64,000 nucleotides of DNA from a virus: positions 32,001-96,000 of the IMG/VR virus record IMGVR_UViG_3300043395_003024. One strand, given 5' to 3'. Made by a program: the position numbers and the translations under genes. The first letter of the stretch is position 1. Each line of letters starts with the position of its first letter. This document shows, one piece after another, positions 1 to 14,011 of this stretch. The notes beneath the pieces were generated by a model. It saw only the letters and a program-made list of their open reading frames with translations. It ran no database searches and was not told the DNA's origin.

Positions 1-1
1 T

Positions 2-4046
<4,045 letters not shown>

Positions 4047-4047
<1 letters not shown>

Positions 4048-4811
4048 TGCCTGCTATTACTTTTCCTTCATCTCCATACACGAATCAGATTTACACCGTC
4101 GGCTCTAAGAGTTGGCAGTGGGATGGCTCGGTTTGGGTTGCTTACTATAACGAAGGGTCGGACATTGTGTATGGCAGCGGCTCGGATGGCGACGCGACCC
4201 TAGACGGAACGACAACAGTTCTAGGAATGGCTCCATCGGCAAGTGTTTATTCAATGACGCGAGATATGTTCTTTAACGACTTAACAATAAATACAAGCTG
4301 CCGACTTGCTCCAAATGGTTATCGAGTTTTTGTTAAGGGAACTCTAAAGTTCGGTGGAACAAATGCGACCATAGGGTATACATCTGGTTATTCAACTTCT
4401 GGCTCGATAGCGCAAGGAGGAGCAGCTGCCACTGCTGTAACACATTCACTTGGTGGTTCCGCAACTGGATACACAGCCACTGCCCCAACTGACGCAATGG
4501 GGGGTTCGAACTATTTTAGAGTGGCTCATCAGGCTATTACTGGTTATTCAGTCACAGCATCTGGCGGACCGACATTTTTGCGTGGTGGCGCGGGTGGCTC
4601 TGGACAGGCTGGCGGAGGAGTTGTGATAGTCGCTGCTAGATATATTTCTGGACCTTCATCCGGAACTGCATACATAAAAGCTCCAGGTACTGCTCCAGCA
4701 GGGGGAGGAGTAATCATTGTAGTTTCTTCAGGCTCAGCCCTTCCAAGCGGAGTATCAACTGATGTCACTGGTCAAAATGCAGGAACATACATCTATATCA
4801 CGAGGGTATAG
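4047..4811 (+). CDS. Gly-rich fibre-associated (adhesin-like) virion protein
   Basis: Same N-terminal FPSSP..WQWDG module as the upstream gene; YGxGxDG and GGAGG/GGGVV motifs. Confidence 0.65.
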
Positions 4812-4813
4812 CC

Positions 4814-6565
4814 GTGGCGGTTAATAGGGTTGAATCAAGCATAGGTCGTTCCGGAAACGATGCAATATACGGAACCGGCGTTGACGGAAACGTAACCATT
4901 TCTTCTAATACGACGATTACGTCCGACATGTATTACAACAACCTAACGGTTAACTCCGGAGTATTTCTAAATACAAACGGCTACAGAGTGTTTGTAAAAA
5001 ACACATTGGCAAACAATGGATATATAGGAATTGGTTCGGTTAGCAGTGGGACAGTTGGCGAACCAGCAAGTGCTGTTTCTGACGGAACCTTAAAGGGACA
5101 TACATCTGGAGCAATTACATATCGAACAGGCGGTCAGGGTGGTGGGGGTACCAATCCTGGAATTACTGCTCTTCCGTCGTTCTTGTATAAAGACGTAAAC
5201 GCAATGTCTGGTGGAATGATGATGGACCCGGTTCTTGGGGTTCTTCCAATGTCTGGAGGTTCACGTGGCGCATCAGGCAGTGTCGGGGCGTCTGGCGCTA
5301 ACGTCGCAGGTTCTGCCGGAGCAACAGGCCTTTTAGGCGCAACTGGTTCTCCCGGGGCAACCGGTTCTCCAGGAGGCGCTGGTTCTGCTGGGGCAACTGG
5401 TGCGTATGCTCCGAATGCTACAACAGTTGGTGCTGCTGGGGGAAAGGGTAACCCCGGCGCAGTTGGTGTTTCTGGCGCTAGCGGAAGTCCTGGAGCAAGC
5501 GGAAATAAGGGCGCAAGTGGAAGTCCTGGAGCTACTGGTCTGGGAGGTGCTGGTGGTGCTGGCGGTATTGGTGGTATGGGTGGTGGTGTTGTATGCATCA
5601 TTGCCAAGTACATAACGGGTTCAGGAAAATTTGTTTCATTAGGAATGTCTGGGGCAACTGGTTCTGCTGGCAGTCCTGGGACTACTGGCTTAACGGGGGC
5701 AAGTGGAGCTAGTGGAAGCCCTGGTTTAGTTGGGGCTAGCGGGTTAGCGGGTGGAACGGGGGCTACGGGTACTCCGGCTCCAGGAATAACACACCCAAAC
5801 CCCGATACATCAGTAGCAAACCCTGATGCTCGCAACTATTCACACCATCATCACTACGACAATCACTCAGACCGACATGCCCACTCCGTTAGGGCGCACG
5901 TTGATGGAGGTAAAGGGCACCATTACTTGGGTCCCCACCATCATCATGCTGGCCACTATCATCACCCTCATAACGACGGGCCGCATGGAGGCGCTCACCA
6001 CTGGGATGGCCATTGGTGGCATGCGTACTTTCAGCTGAGCCACAGTTACCCATTCCCCCACTACCATCAAAAACCAAATGGCCATGGCGGCCATAGCCAT
6101 CCAAGCGGTGATGGGTACCACCACTCTGGGGTATATCACGGTTCGTTTGGTGGTCACGATGGACACGTTCATGCCCATTTTGGGCTGCCACACCATAGCC
6201 ATACGCACGCTCATCACCCAACTACAAGCCCCACATGGCACCACCACCACGTCGCCCCACATACACATACTAACCCGGCAAGCCATTATGCAGGCGGGGC
6301 AGGCGGAGCCGGAGGTGCTGGCGGAGCCGGAGGGGCAGGCGGAGCCGGAGGAGCTGGCGGTCTTGGCGGAGCTGGTGGGGCTGGCGGTACTGGGGCTACT
6401 GGGGCTACTGGGAAAAGGGGCGGAGCCGGCGGAGGAGGGTCAATTTTGATTCTCACCGACTCGATAGATGCTACGATTACATATGACACAAGGGCTGGAC
6501 TGACGGCTGACGCGGACAACTTTTCCGCATCATCTGGAAGTTCCTATGTCTTATTGAACGTTTAG
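4814..6565 (+). CDS. Gly-rich adhesin-like virion protein with a His-rich insert
   Basis: Paralogous to 4047..4811 (YGxGxDG, NGYRVFVK, GGGVV). Long GAGGAGG tracts flank about 50 His in about 167 aa. Confidence 0.7.
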   Translation: MAVNRVESSIGRSGNDAIYGTGVDGNVTISSNTTITSDMYYNNLTVNSGVFLNTNGYRVFVKNTLANNGYIGIGSVSSGTVGEPASAVSDGTLKGHTSGAITYRTGGQGGGGTNPGITALPSFLYKDVNAMSGGMMMDPVLGVLPMSGGSRGASGSVGASGANVAGSAGATGLLGATGSPGATGSPGGAGSAGATGAYAPNATTVGAAGGKGNPGAVGVSGASGSPGASGNKGASGSPGATGLGGAGGAGGIGGMGGGVVCIIAKYITGSGKFVSLGMSGATGSAGSPGTTGLTGASGASGSPGLVGASGLAGGTGATGTPAPGITHPNPDTSVANPDARNYSHHHHYDNHSDRHAHSVRAHVDGGKGHHYLGPHHHHAGHYHHPHNDGPHGGAHHWDGHWWHAYFQLSHSYPFPHYHQKPNGHGGHSHPSGDGYHHSGVYHGSFGGHDGHVHAHFGLPHHSHTHAHHPTTSPTWHHHHVAPHTHTNPASHYAGGAGGAGGAGGAGGAGGAGGAGGLGGAGGAGGTGATGATGKRGGAGGGGSILILTDSIDATITYDTRAGLTADADNFSASSGSSYVLLNV

Positions 6566-6573
6566 GAGAAAAA

Positions 6574-6807
6574 ATGGACTTAGGTCTGACAAATCAGCAA
6601 AAAGAGATGGCTCTTCGTAATTCTAAGTCTGGTATTACAACAGAGATTTACAACATCCTCATTCGCCTAGGCATAGACCCTGACACATTTTCATCGGTCG
6701 ATGAACTCCCAACGCAAACGGATGGGTCTTTTGCTGGTGAGTACAACAGGGTTAAGGGCCTTATTTCTGCACTAGAGCTTATTGAAAGCAAGTTAAATGA
6801 GCTTTAA
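6574..6807 (+). CDS. Hypothetical protein (77 aa)
   Basis: AGGAG RBS upstream; stop overlaps the next start. Confidence 0.7.
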   Translation: MDLGLTNQQKEMALRNSKSGITTEIYNILIRLGIDPDTFSSVDELPTQTDGSFAGEYNRVKGLISALELIESKLNEL

Positions 6808-7226
6808 TGAAACGTTTTGTATATGTTCCCCCATCATTAGCGAATGATGAGCTAGCGCTAAAAGAAGCAGAAAAACTAGCAAAAGATGCGCAGCTGTCAT
6901 TAAGAATAGGCTCTATTGGTGACGGAATAAATAAATATTCTATTAGCATCATTGCCATTCCAGAATTTTCTGCTACAAACCACGATGAAGTAGTCAAGTC
7001 TAATTTCATTTTTTCTGCGGATATAACTAATGAATTTGTCAGCATGGACAAAAGCATCCAAATGGAGACAATTTCTCCCACCGGACTTAAACAAAGTTTT
7101 TATCCAACAGTACTAGAAAGACATGTGGCTAAATTCAGGGTACGTTTTGCTGAGACTGGAAAATATGAATTTTCGGTATGCGATAAAGATACAAAGTTTT
7201 TAGTATCTTCTTTCGAGGTCATATGA
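6807..7226 (+). CDS. Hypothetical protein (139 aa)
   Basis: Translationally coupled ORF within the operon. Confidence 0.65.
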   Translation: MKRFVYVPPSLANDELALKEAEKLAKDAQLSLRIGSIGDGINKYSISIIAIPEFSATNHDEVVKSNFIFSADITNEFVSMDKSIQMETISPTGLKQSFYPTVLERHVAKFRVRFAETGKYEFSVCDKDTKFLVSSFEVI

Positions 7227-7804
7227 AGATTGAAAAACCAGCAACATGCATCACTGTTTATAGAGACGTTTTTGAACCAGACATGGCTCAAGCCTTTGTA
7301 GATATGCTCAATTCCGAAATAGAAAATGAATGGTCAGAGATGGGGTGGAACTCATCTGGAGTAGGCCAGGGTGTAGTTACTCAATACCGCACTTCCTTAT
7401 CGTGTTCTTTGGTGCCGCTTATGAAGCCCTACCCAGAGACCGACCTATCTAGATTTTTTAAACGCACTATTGGCGACCAGGTTGCTGATGTTGCAGAAGA
7501 TTATAGGAAAGAGTACCTGATAGGAAGTGCCGTATTTGAGCCATACCAGGTTTTAAAGTATCTTCCAGAGTCTGAATACCATAGTCATTATGACCATTTT
7601 AGAGATAATGCAAGAGTATTTAGCATGGTTGCCAACCTGGTTTCACCAGAATCCGGCGGAAGCTTGGAATTTCCTCTATTCGACGTAGAAGTTGAATGTG
7701 AAGCTGGTTCTGTAGTTATGTTTCCCAGCAATTTCCCATATCTACATACAGCGCATCCTGTGGTATCCGGAACTAAATATTCATTGGTGACGTGGTTTAG
7801 ATGA
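7223..7804 (+). CDS. 2OG-Fe(II) oxygenase, prolyl-4-hydroxylase-like
   Basis: YxxHYD (HxD), GGSLEF, FPSNFPYLH (distal His) and GTKYSLVTW motifs. Confidence 0.9.
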   Translation: MKIEKPATCITVYRDVFEPDMAQAFVDMLNSEIENEWSEMGWNSSGVGQGVVTQYRTSLSCSLVPLMKPYPETDLSRFFKRTIGDQVADVAEDYRKEYLIGSAVFEPYQVLKYLPESEYHSHYDHFRDNARVFSMVANLVSPESGGSLEFPLFDVEVECEAGSVVMFPSNFPYLHTAHPVVSGTKYSLVTWFR

Positions 7805-8061
7805 GCATATTTAGTTATTTTTCCGCCCGATTTTGGCCTTCTGGGAATATTAGAAACAAGAGACCATGGGACGGGAACTCGCTTAATGAAAAAGACCTTC
7901 AAGATTTAGCTGACGTCGATTATGACGAAATGGAGTGGGTTGCTAGAAAATATGACCTTACTCAGCATGCGGTGATTGACTCGGAAGGTGATAAGTTCAG
8001 GTGCATTTTTATGGCTACACCAATGCCATCATTCAATCAGGAAGAAGAAGACGATGATTAG
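7801..8061 (+). CDS. Hypothetical protein (86 aa, acidic tail)
   Basis: ATGA overlap with the oxygenase gene. Confidence 0.6.
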   Translation: MSIFSYFSARFWPSGNIRNKRPWDGNSLNEKDLQDLADVDYDEMEWVARKYDLTQHAVIDSEGDKFRCIFMATPMPSFNQEEEDDD

Positions 8062-8290
8062 CTATTCGCTAGAAGACCATATGCAGTATGTCGAAGCAAG
8101 GCTTATTCGCATATGCGGACTGGCCGGTGTATCAGACATGACTGTTACGGAAGATAATTACAAAGCCGTTAAAAAGGGGCTAAAAGATAATCTAAACAAA
8201 GCAGAATATAATCGCTCGTACGGCGAATTGCGGCATCTGTATTTTGCCAAGTTCTTAGCACCACAAATCGAGGCGGCCGACAATGCCTAA
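8054..8290 (+). CDS. Hypothetical protein (78 aa)
   Basis: In-frame ATG at 8054 overlaps the upstream stop and is preferred over the 7976 start. Confidence 0.6.
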   Translation: MISYSLEDHMQYVEARLIRICGLAGVSDMTVTEDNYKAVKKGLKDNLNKAEYNRSYGELRHLYFAKFLAPQIEAADNA

Positions 8291-8990
8291 TTTCACAATC
8301 GAAGAAATGTCTCGCATTGCACGCTCAATGCACAGCCGTCCAAGTGAAGACCTACAGCCAGTTCTTACTGATGAACAGTTAAAAGAACTATATATAAAAA
8401 TGCGTCAGGTTTATGATGCATCCGGAATCCCGCTAGAGCGCGTCATTTTTGTTGACGAGTTTCATTCTTTTATTCTCGGCTCCGACGAAAATGCAGAATT
8501 TAGAAGCATTGTTGCGGCTGCCGTTGACATCGTAGAGGCGCTCGTGCGAATGCGTAGACCGCAAAAAATGTTATTTGTTGGAGCGCTAGAGGGGCTTACA
8601 AGAACTGCACCATATGTCGAAGAGGTATCTGTCCTGAATACTGTGATTACGCAAAGCGTCGTTAAGTATTGTGATGTATCAAAGTTTGAAAATGTAACAA
8701 CTGTTAACTATTCAGAAATAGATTCATTATTTGGAACGCAGGACATGGCGGTCGTCTATTGCCAGTCGCTTGGGTTCAATGAACACCTGCTGGACTCTGT
8801 GATAGGGTCACTAAAAGAAGACGGTGTACTTGCTGTTTCAAATTCATCAGATTTAGGAAATTTGTATGAAAATGGTGATGAAACTGGAGCATATTTAGTC
8901 CATCAGCAAATACTTAATTCAGGATTATTCACTTCTTTCCATATTCCAACACAGGTAGCGTTCACAATTTATGTCAGACACGGTAACTAA
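8283..8990 (+). CDS. Putative class I SAM-methyltransferase-like protein (degenerate)
   Basis: RPQKMLFVGALEG (motif I-like), DMAVV, and SLKEDGVLAVSN (LKxGG-like). Similarity is weak. Confidence 0.45.
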   Translation: MPNFTIEEMSRIARSMHSRPSEDLQPVLTDEQLKELYIKMRQVYDASGIPLERVIFVDEFHSFILGSDENAEFRSIVAAAVDIVEALVRMRRPQKMLFVGALEGLTRTAPYVEEVSVLNTVITQSVVKYCDVSKFENVTTVNYSEIDSLFGTQDMAVVYCQSLGFNEHLLDSVIGSLKEDGVLAVSNSSDLGNLYENGDETGAYLVHQQILNSGLFTSFHIPTQVAFTIYVRHGN

Positions 8991-10521
8991 ACAGGACCTA
9001 ATTAACCTTAGAACTGGTGCACAAAGTGAAAAACCTGAATCGATAGCGATAGTCGGTTCCGGAACTGCTGGATTGATTGCGGCTCTTTTACTTAGGAGAG
9101 CTTTTCCGCTGTCTGACATAACAGTAATTTCTTCATCCAAGATAGGAATTATTGGCGTCGGTGAAGGTTCTACCGAGCATTGGCGCCAATTTATGGACAT
9201 ATGTGATATCCCTCTAGAAGAAATGATTGTTGCAACAGCAGCAACACATAAATACGGTATCCGCTATGAAAATTGGCATAACAAAAATTCCGATTATTTT
9301 CATAGCGTCGGCGCAATAGATGAAGTATTTGCGTTTGGACTCTATGGCGTGTACATGGGTCTTATTGAACAAGAAAGACTATTTACGCCGAATACGTCAA
9401 GCGTCGGAATAATAAAAGATAAAATACCAAGAAACGGTCTGCACAAAAGTACCAATCAATTTCATTTTGATACCTTCAAATTAAATGAATACTTCACTTC
9501 TTTAGCATTTAAGAGGAGTATTAAGTTTATTGACGCAGAGGTCAGTCAGGTCATCATAGATGCAGAAACTGGAAATATATCTTCTGTAAAAACTGATGCA
9601 GGTGATGAGGTATCTGCGTATTTTTGGTTTGATGCGTCTGGGTTTTCTCGTGTTTTAATGAACGAGGTTGGCAATACGGAGTGGGAATCTTTCAATAAGT
9701 ACCTGCTCAGCAATACGGCTATTCCTTTCCCTACCGAAAGCGACCCAAATGGGAGAATCCGGCCATACACAAGAGCACGCGCTGCTTCGTCTGGGTGGAT
9801 GTGGGAAATCCCTACGCAGGAACGTCGCGGTAACGGCTATGTCTTTTCTTCTGATTTTCTTTCGCCTGAGCAGGCGGTAGAAGAAGCAGAAAAGATGAGC
9901 GGATACAAGATAGACAATCCACGTGTTATCTCGTTTGATGCTGGGTATCTAAAAACCCCATGGGTAAAAAACTGCATGGCTATTGGTCTTGCCTCTTCTT
10001 TCGTTGAGCCGCTAGAGGCAACTAGCATTGGCTCCACTATTCAGCAGGTTAGGCAGGCGATACCATACATAGCCTCGTATGTACCAGGAAATCAGGCATC
10101 ACAGAAACACTTCAACAAGGGTTTCGGCAAAATAATGCGAAATATATTGACAATGATTCGTCTTCACTACTACACAGATAGGGCGGATACGCCATTTTGG
10201 CAGGCCATGTCGAATATGCCAATTAATGATGAACTTCAAGAGCTCATCGAACTTTGGTCAGAACGTCCACCATCAAGATATGACCTTGACAGCAATTCTG
10301 GTGAAATGTTTTTGGCCCCACACCTGGCCCATGTTGCCCAGGGCCAGGGAGTGATAAGTAAGGATGCCTGCACAAGGGCTATGAATATGATGGTCTTAAG
10401 AGACCAAATATTCTATGAAATCGATACCATGAGACAGAATAGGCATAATCATGAACTCGTCGACCACGGCCAGTCATTGAGGGAATTGTTGTCAACAGAT
10501 GAAGAATGGTTGTACAAGTGA
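8971..10521 (+). CDS. Flavin-dependent halogenase (tryptophan halogenase / PrnA family)
   Basis: GSGTAG FAD motif, GVGEGS, ATHK (catalytic Lys position), DASG, GWMWEIP (WxWxIP) and FVEPLEATSI. Confidence 0.93.
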   Translation: MSDTVTKQDLINLRTGAQSEKPESIAIVGSGTAGLIAALLLRRAFPLSDITVISSSKIGIIGVGEGSTEHWRQFMDICDIPLEEMIVATAATHKYGIRYENWHNKNSDYFHSVGAIDEVFAFGLYGVYMGLIEQERLFTPNTSSVGIIKDKIPRNGLHKSTNQFHFDTFKLNEYFTSLAFKRSIKFIDAEVSQVIIDAETGNISSVKTDAGDEVSAYFWFDASGFSRVLMNEVGNTEWESFNKYLLSNTAIPFPTESDPNGRIRPYTRARAASSGWMWEIPTQERRGNGYVFSSDFLSPEQAVEEAEKMSGYKIDNPRVISFDAGYLKTPWVKNCMAIGLASSFVEPLEATSIGSTIQQVRQAIPYIASYVPGNQASQKHFNKGFGKIMRNILTMIRLHYYTDRADTPFWQAMSNMPINDELQELIELWSERPPSRYDLDSNSGEMFLAPHLAHVAQGQGVISKDACTRAMNMMVLRDQIFYEIDTMRQNRHNHELVDHGQSLRELLSTDEEWLYK

Positions 10522-11303
10522 GTTATAAGCTTCCCCCTGTAAAGCCTGGGCAAATACGATTTACACCCATGGATAACAGATTGATGGAATTTCCGCCGTT
10601 TGTTAATAATGTGAGTACACAACCAAACTGGTTCAAGCGAATTGGAAAACAGCAGGGTTCTGTTCGTAGGTGTGCCGGGACAATTGACTATCTTGCTGCA
10701 GGCATAACACTTCCGCTTTGGACAAACTACAGGTTTAGGCCAGACTCTCATGGGGCGTGGGAGACAGGAGGGGACGACTTCAGCCCACAGGCGGGAATTA
10801 ATAATGTTCAGGGTTTTGCGTACGAGTCAACAGGCTCCTGTCCGGTTACTAATATTAGACAAATAGAAACTGGCCAGTACCCAAAATTGGTAAATCCGTG
10901 GAGATTTGAAACTGCCCCGGGTTGGTCGACCCTTCTTCTTCCACTGCACTGGGAGCCAAATGAAAATTACTCTGTCATACCAGCAATAATTAATACGGAT
11001 TATTACCATTTGGCAAATATTGTTTTAAATATTACTGGTAATTCAGCGTTCGGAATTAAGGTTGGAACGCCAATAGCTCAGCTAGTGCCATTTAAGAGAG
11101 ACTCTGATTTTTCTGAAATTATTTTTAATGACGAGTCGTACTTTAAGTATGTTGCTACCACCGGGTTTGGGATGGGCCATATTGCCCCCCACGATGGAAC
11201 CGCTGGCCCATATAGGCGCGAGCGTGTGAATATTGATAAAATATTAGGTGAATGCCCTGCTGGCGAAAGAAAAAACCGATGGAAAATACTCAAAAAAAAA
11301 TAA
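10506..11303 (+). CDS. DUF6065-like protein
   Basis: RRCAGxxDYLAAGITLP, NPWRFETAPGWS, PAIINTD and GTPIAQLVPFKR resemble phage DUF6065 proteins that accompany 2OG oxygenases. Confidence 0.65.
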   Translation: MVVQVSYKLPPVKPGQIRFTPMDNRLMEFPPFVNNVSTQPNWFKRIGKQQGSVRRCAGTIDYLAAGITLPLWTNYRFRPDSHGAWETGGDDFSPQAGINNVQGFAYESTGSCPVTNIRQIETGQYPKLVNPWRFETAPGWSTLLLPLHWEPNENYSVIPAIINTDYYHLANIVLNITGNSAFGIKVGTPIAQLVPFKRDSDFSEIIFNDESYFKYVATTGFGMGHIAPHDGTAGPYRRERVNIDKILGECPAGERKNRWKILKKK

Positions 11304-11373
11304 CAGAGTACAGCGATATTAAAAAAAATTCAAAAAAGAACGTCACGGGAAGCAAAAATAAAGGCGGTCTTCG

Positions 11374-11745
11374 ATGAGAATTCAGATATATGGCTGGCCG
11401 CTTGCGCCATTTGATAAGCCAGCTACAACGCAGGAAGAACTAATGTCAGCCCTCCGACAGATGAGGGATGTTCTTTTAAAGGAAAGCGACTGGACACAGT
11501 CTTCGGATTCCCCCCTTTCGGAAGAGATACGTAACGACTGGAGGATATGGAGGCAAAGCGTCCGTGATATTACGGATACTGTTGAAAATCCGTTGCCATA
11601 TGTTGTTGACCTTGGTGAGTTGCCAGGGCAGGGTGTTCCCAGCAGCTGGTCTAATTGGGATGTAGATGTTCTCGAGTCGACATGGACCACTACTACGGCG
11701 GAGCAAAAAGCCGCAAAACTGGAGGATTCAAATGGCGAGAACTAA
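11374..11745 (+). CDS. Tail fibre assembly chaperone (Phage_tail_APC-like)
   Basis: LRxxRDxLLKESDWTQxxDSP..WxxWRQxxRDIT signature. Confidence 0.85.
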   Translation: MRIQIYGWPLAPFDKPATTQEELMSALRQMRDVLLKESDWTQSSDSPLSEEIRNDWRIWRQSVRDITDTVENPLPYVVDLGELPGQGVPSSWSNWDVDVLESTWTTTTAEQKAAKLEDSNGEN

Positions 11746-12685
11746 ATTTTCAGTCAAAGATGGCATATCTGTATCGACAGATTCGGTTCCAGCTGGATTT
11801 GAGCTTATCCCGCCAGGCATAATGATGGCTTATGCTGGGTCAAGCGCCCCAGACGGCTGGCTTCTATGTGACGGAACTGCATACTCAAGAACAACTTATG
11901 CAAATCTATTTGCCGCAATATCGACTACATTCGGCAGCGGTGACGGGAGTACTACGTTCAATCTTCCCAACACAAAGGGGAGAACACTTGTTGGGGCCGG
12001 AACTGGGGATGGCGGTGGCTCATCTGCCTCCTCTGGCGTTATATCTGGTGGTTCAGCTTTAACGGCCAGGCCCCTTGGTTCATGGTATGGCAGAGAGTCT
12101 GTCACCTTAATAGCCAACAATCTTCCGGCTCATACACACGGACTAAATAGTCATACTCACGGAGCAAGTCATGACCATACGGGCTCAAGTGGTGGCCCAT
12201 CTGGTGGAAGCGACACAGCATCAGCCGGCATTGGTTCGCCTAGCCCCAGCGGAACGCAGTCAACATCAATAAACCATAACCATAGTGTTGATTTATATCA
12301 TTACGCGGCCGGCAACCATGAACATAGGTTATATTACGTAACGGATGGACAGTCGGGGACTAACAAAGCGAGAGTTTCAGCTTCAGGAACAACATTGTCA
12401 AACAGTGGCATAACAACATTTGAAGCCAGCCATACCCATACTTTTACAAATGGCACTTCAGGCGACTCAAACCCATACCATAATCATGACATGTATGACC
12501 ATCGGCATAGTTCAGACCACTATCATGGACTCGGAGCCCATACTCATACAGTAACAGTAAATTCAAAAGCACTTACAACAGATGGCCCTAGCACGTCAAA
12601 TACAACGGATGGTGGGTACTCGGCTAGCTCTGCTGTTGAAAATATGCAACCAATGCTCGCAGTAAATTACATCATCAAGTACTAA
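11732..12685 (+). CDS. Tail collar domain fibre protein
   Basis: PPGxxMAYAGSSAPDGWLLCDG..TTFNLP collar motif, repeated HxH motifs and a C-terminal NMQPMLAVNYIIKY. GGAGG RBS precedes ATG 11732. Confidence 0.9.
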   Translation: MARTKFSVKDGISVSTDSVPAGFELIPPGIMMAYAGSSAPDGWLLCDGTAYSRTTYANLFAAISTTFGSGDGSTTFNLPNTKGRTLVGAGTGDGGGSSASSGVISGGSALTARPLGSWYGRESVTLIANNLPAHTHGLNSHTHGASHDHTGSSGGPSGGSDTASAGIGSPSPSGTQSTSINHNHSVDLYHYAAGNHEHRLYYVTDGQSGTNKARVSASGTTLSNSGITTFEASHTHTFTNGTSGDSNPYHNHDMYDHRHSSDHYHGLGAHTHTVTVNSKALTTDGPSTSNTTDGGYSASSAVENMQPMLAVNYIIKY

Positions 12686-12694
12686 GATAGGCCG

Positions 12695-13762
12695 ATGCGC
12701 TTCCACGTTGTATCGCTACCGCATACAAACACAACAGAAGAATTTACTGCTTGTGCATATACCGAAAAAGTTCGTAAGTTCTGCATAATGATGAAAAACC
12801 TTGGGCATACAGTGTTTCTGTATGCTGGAGAGTTTAATGAGGCACCATGTGATGAGCATATTCAGTGCATCAGCGAGTTAGAGAGGGTGAACGCCGTAGG
12901 CTCAAACCACTACTCTGCGGCATCATTTGACTGGAATTTGCCTCACTGGGTGAGCTTCAATGGGAACGTAATTAATGCAATAAAAGAACGGCTCGAGCAT
13001 AAGGACTTTATTTGTCTTATTGCCGGCTACGCGTCGAAGCCAATTGCAGATGCATTTCCGAACGAAATCAGCGTGGAATTTGGTATCGGATACGGTGGCT
13101 CATTTGCTAATTACAAGGTTTTTGAGTCGTATGCCTGGATGCATTCCTGTTATGGCTCAAAGGTCACGGACCCACACGCCCTTGATGGGAAGTTTTACGA
13201 CACGGTTATCCCTAGCTATATAGACGTCAATGACTTCCCAGTTCGAGACACGCCTGATGACTATTACCTCTATATCGGAAGGCTTATTGAGCGCAAGGGG
13301 TACCAAATTGCTGTTGATGTGTGCAGGAGACTCGGCAAGCGCCTAATAGTTGCTGGAGCTGGAACGCCACCGGATTACGGCGAGTATGTAGGTGTGGTCG
13401 GGACAGAAGAACGCGGGCGGCTAATGGCTGGAGCAATCGCCACATTTGTACCGACAATTTATGTTGAGCCATTCGGGACGGTTGCAGTTGAGGCGATGGC
13501 ATGTGGCTCTCCGGTCATATCGACCGACTGGGGTGCGTTTACGGAGACGGTTATTGATGGCGTAACTGGATTTAGGTGTCACACTTTGAGGGAATTCATG
13601 GATGCAGCTATTGCCGCTCCATCTTTAGACAGAAAAGCCATAAGCCGTTATTCAAAGGAAAGATACGGCTTGGATACAGTTGGGCTGATGTACGACCGTT
13701 ATTTTAGAAGGCTCCAGACACTGTGGGGCGCTGGGTGGCATGAACTCGGCGAGCCTAGTTAA
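12695..13762 (+). CDS. Glycosyltransferase, GT4 / GT-B fold
   Basis: YIGRLIERKG, EPFGTVAVEAMACGSPVI and ETVIDGVTGF motifs. Confidence 0.92.
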   Translation: MRFHVVSLPHTNTTEEFTACAYTEKVRKFCIMMKNLGHTVFLYAGEFNEAPCDEHIQCISELERVNAVGSNHYSAASFDWNLPHWVSFNGNVINAIKERLEHKDFICLIAGYASKPIADAFPNEISVEFGIGYGGSFANYKVFESYAWMHSCYGSKVTDPHALDGKFYDTVIPSYIDVNDFPVRDTPDDYYLYIGRLIERKGYQIAVDVCRRLGKRLIVAGAGTPPDYGEYVGVVGTEERGRLMAGAIATFVPTIYVEPFGTVAVEAMACGSPVISTDWGAFTETVIDGVTGFRCHTLREFMDAAIAAPSLDRKAISRYSKERYGLDTVGLMYDRYFRRLQTLWGAGWHELGEPS

Positions 13763-13997
13763 TAGATACTGCTTGCCACTTGCCAATTGGGCATTCGGCG
13801 TGGGCTATTTTTGTTTTAAGATGCATAAAGCAACCGCACTTTATGCACTGTCTTGTTGAGGCTTTAAAAAACTGACACTCTGTACATATCGAGTATCTTG
13901 ATTCTTCGGTCGGTTTATCAACATATTCAGTCGATTTGCGGAAAAAGTCTAAAGGACTTGCCTTGCGGCTATTGTCTCCTCGCTGTTCTCTCATCAC
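13755..13997 (-). CDS. Small Cys-rich protein (DUF6171-like)
   Basis: RxxICxxC..CxxCGCFM..K..CPIGKW pattern. Confidence 0.75.
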   Translation of the reverse strand: MMREQRGDNSRKASPLDFFRKSTEYVDKPTEESRYSICTECQFFKASTRQCIKCGCFMHLKTKIAHAECPIGKWQAVSIN

Positions 13998-14011
13998 TGC
14001 TCCAGGCCTAA

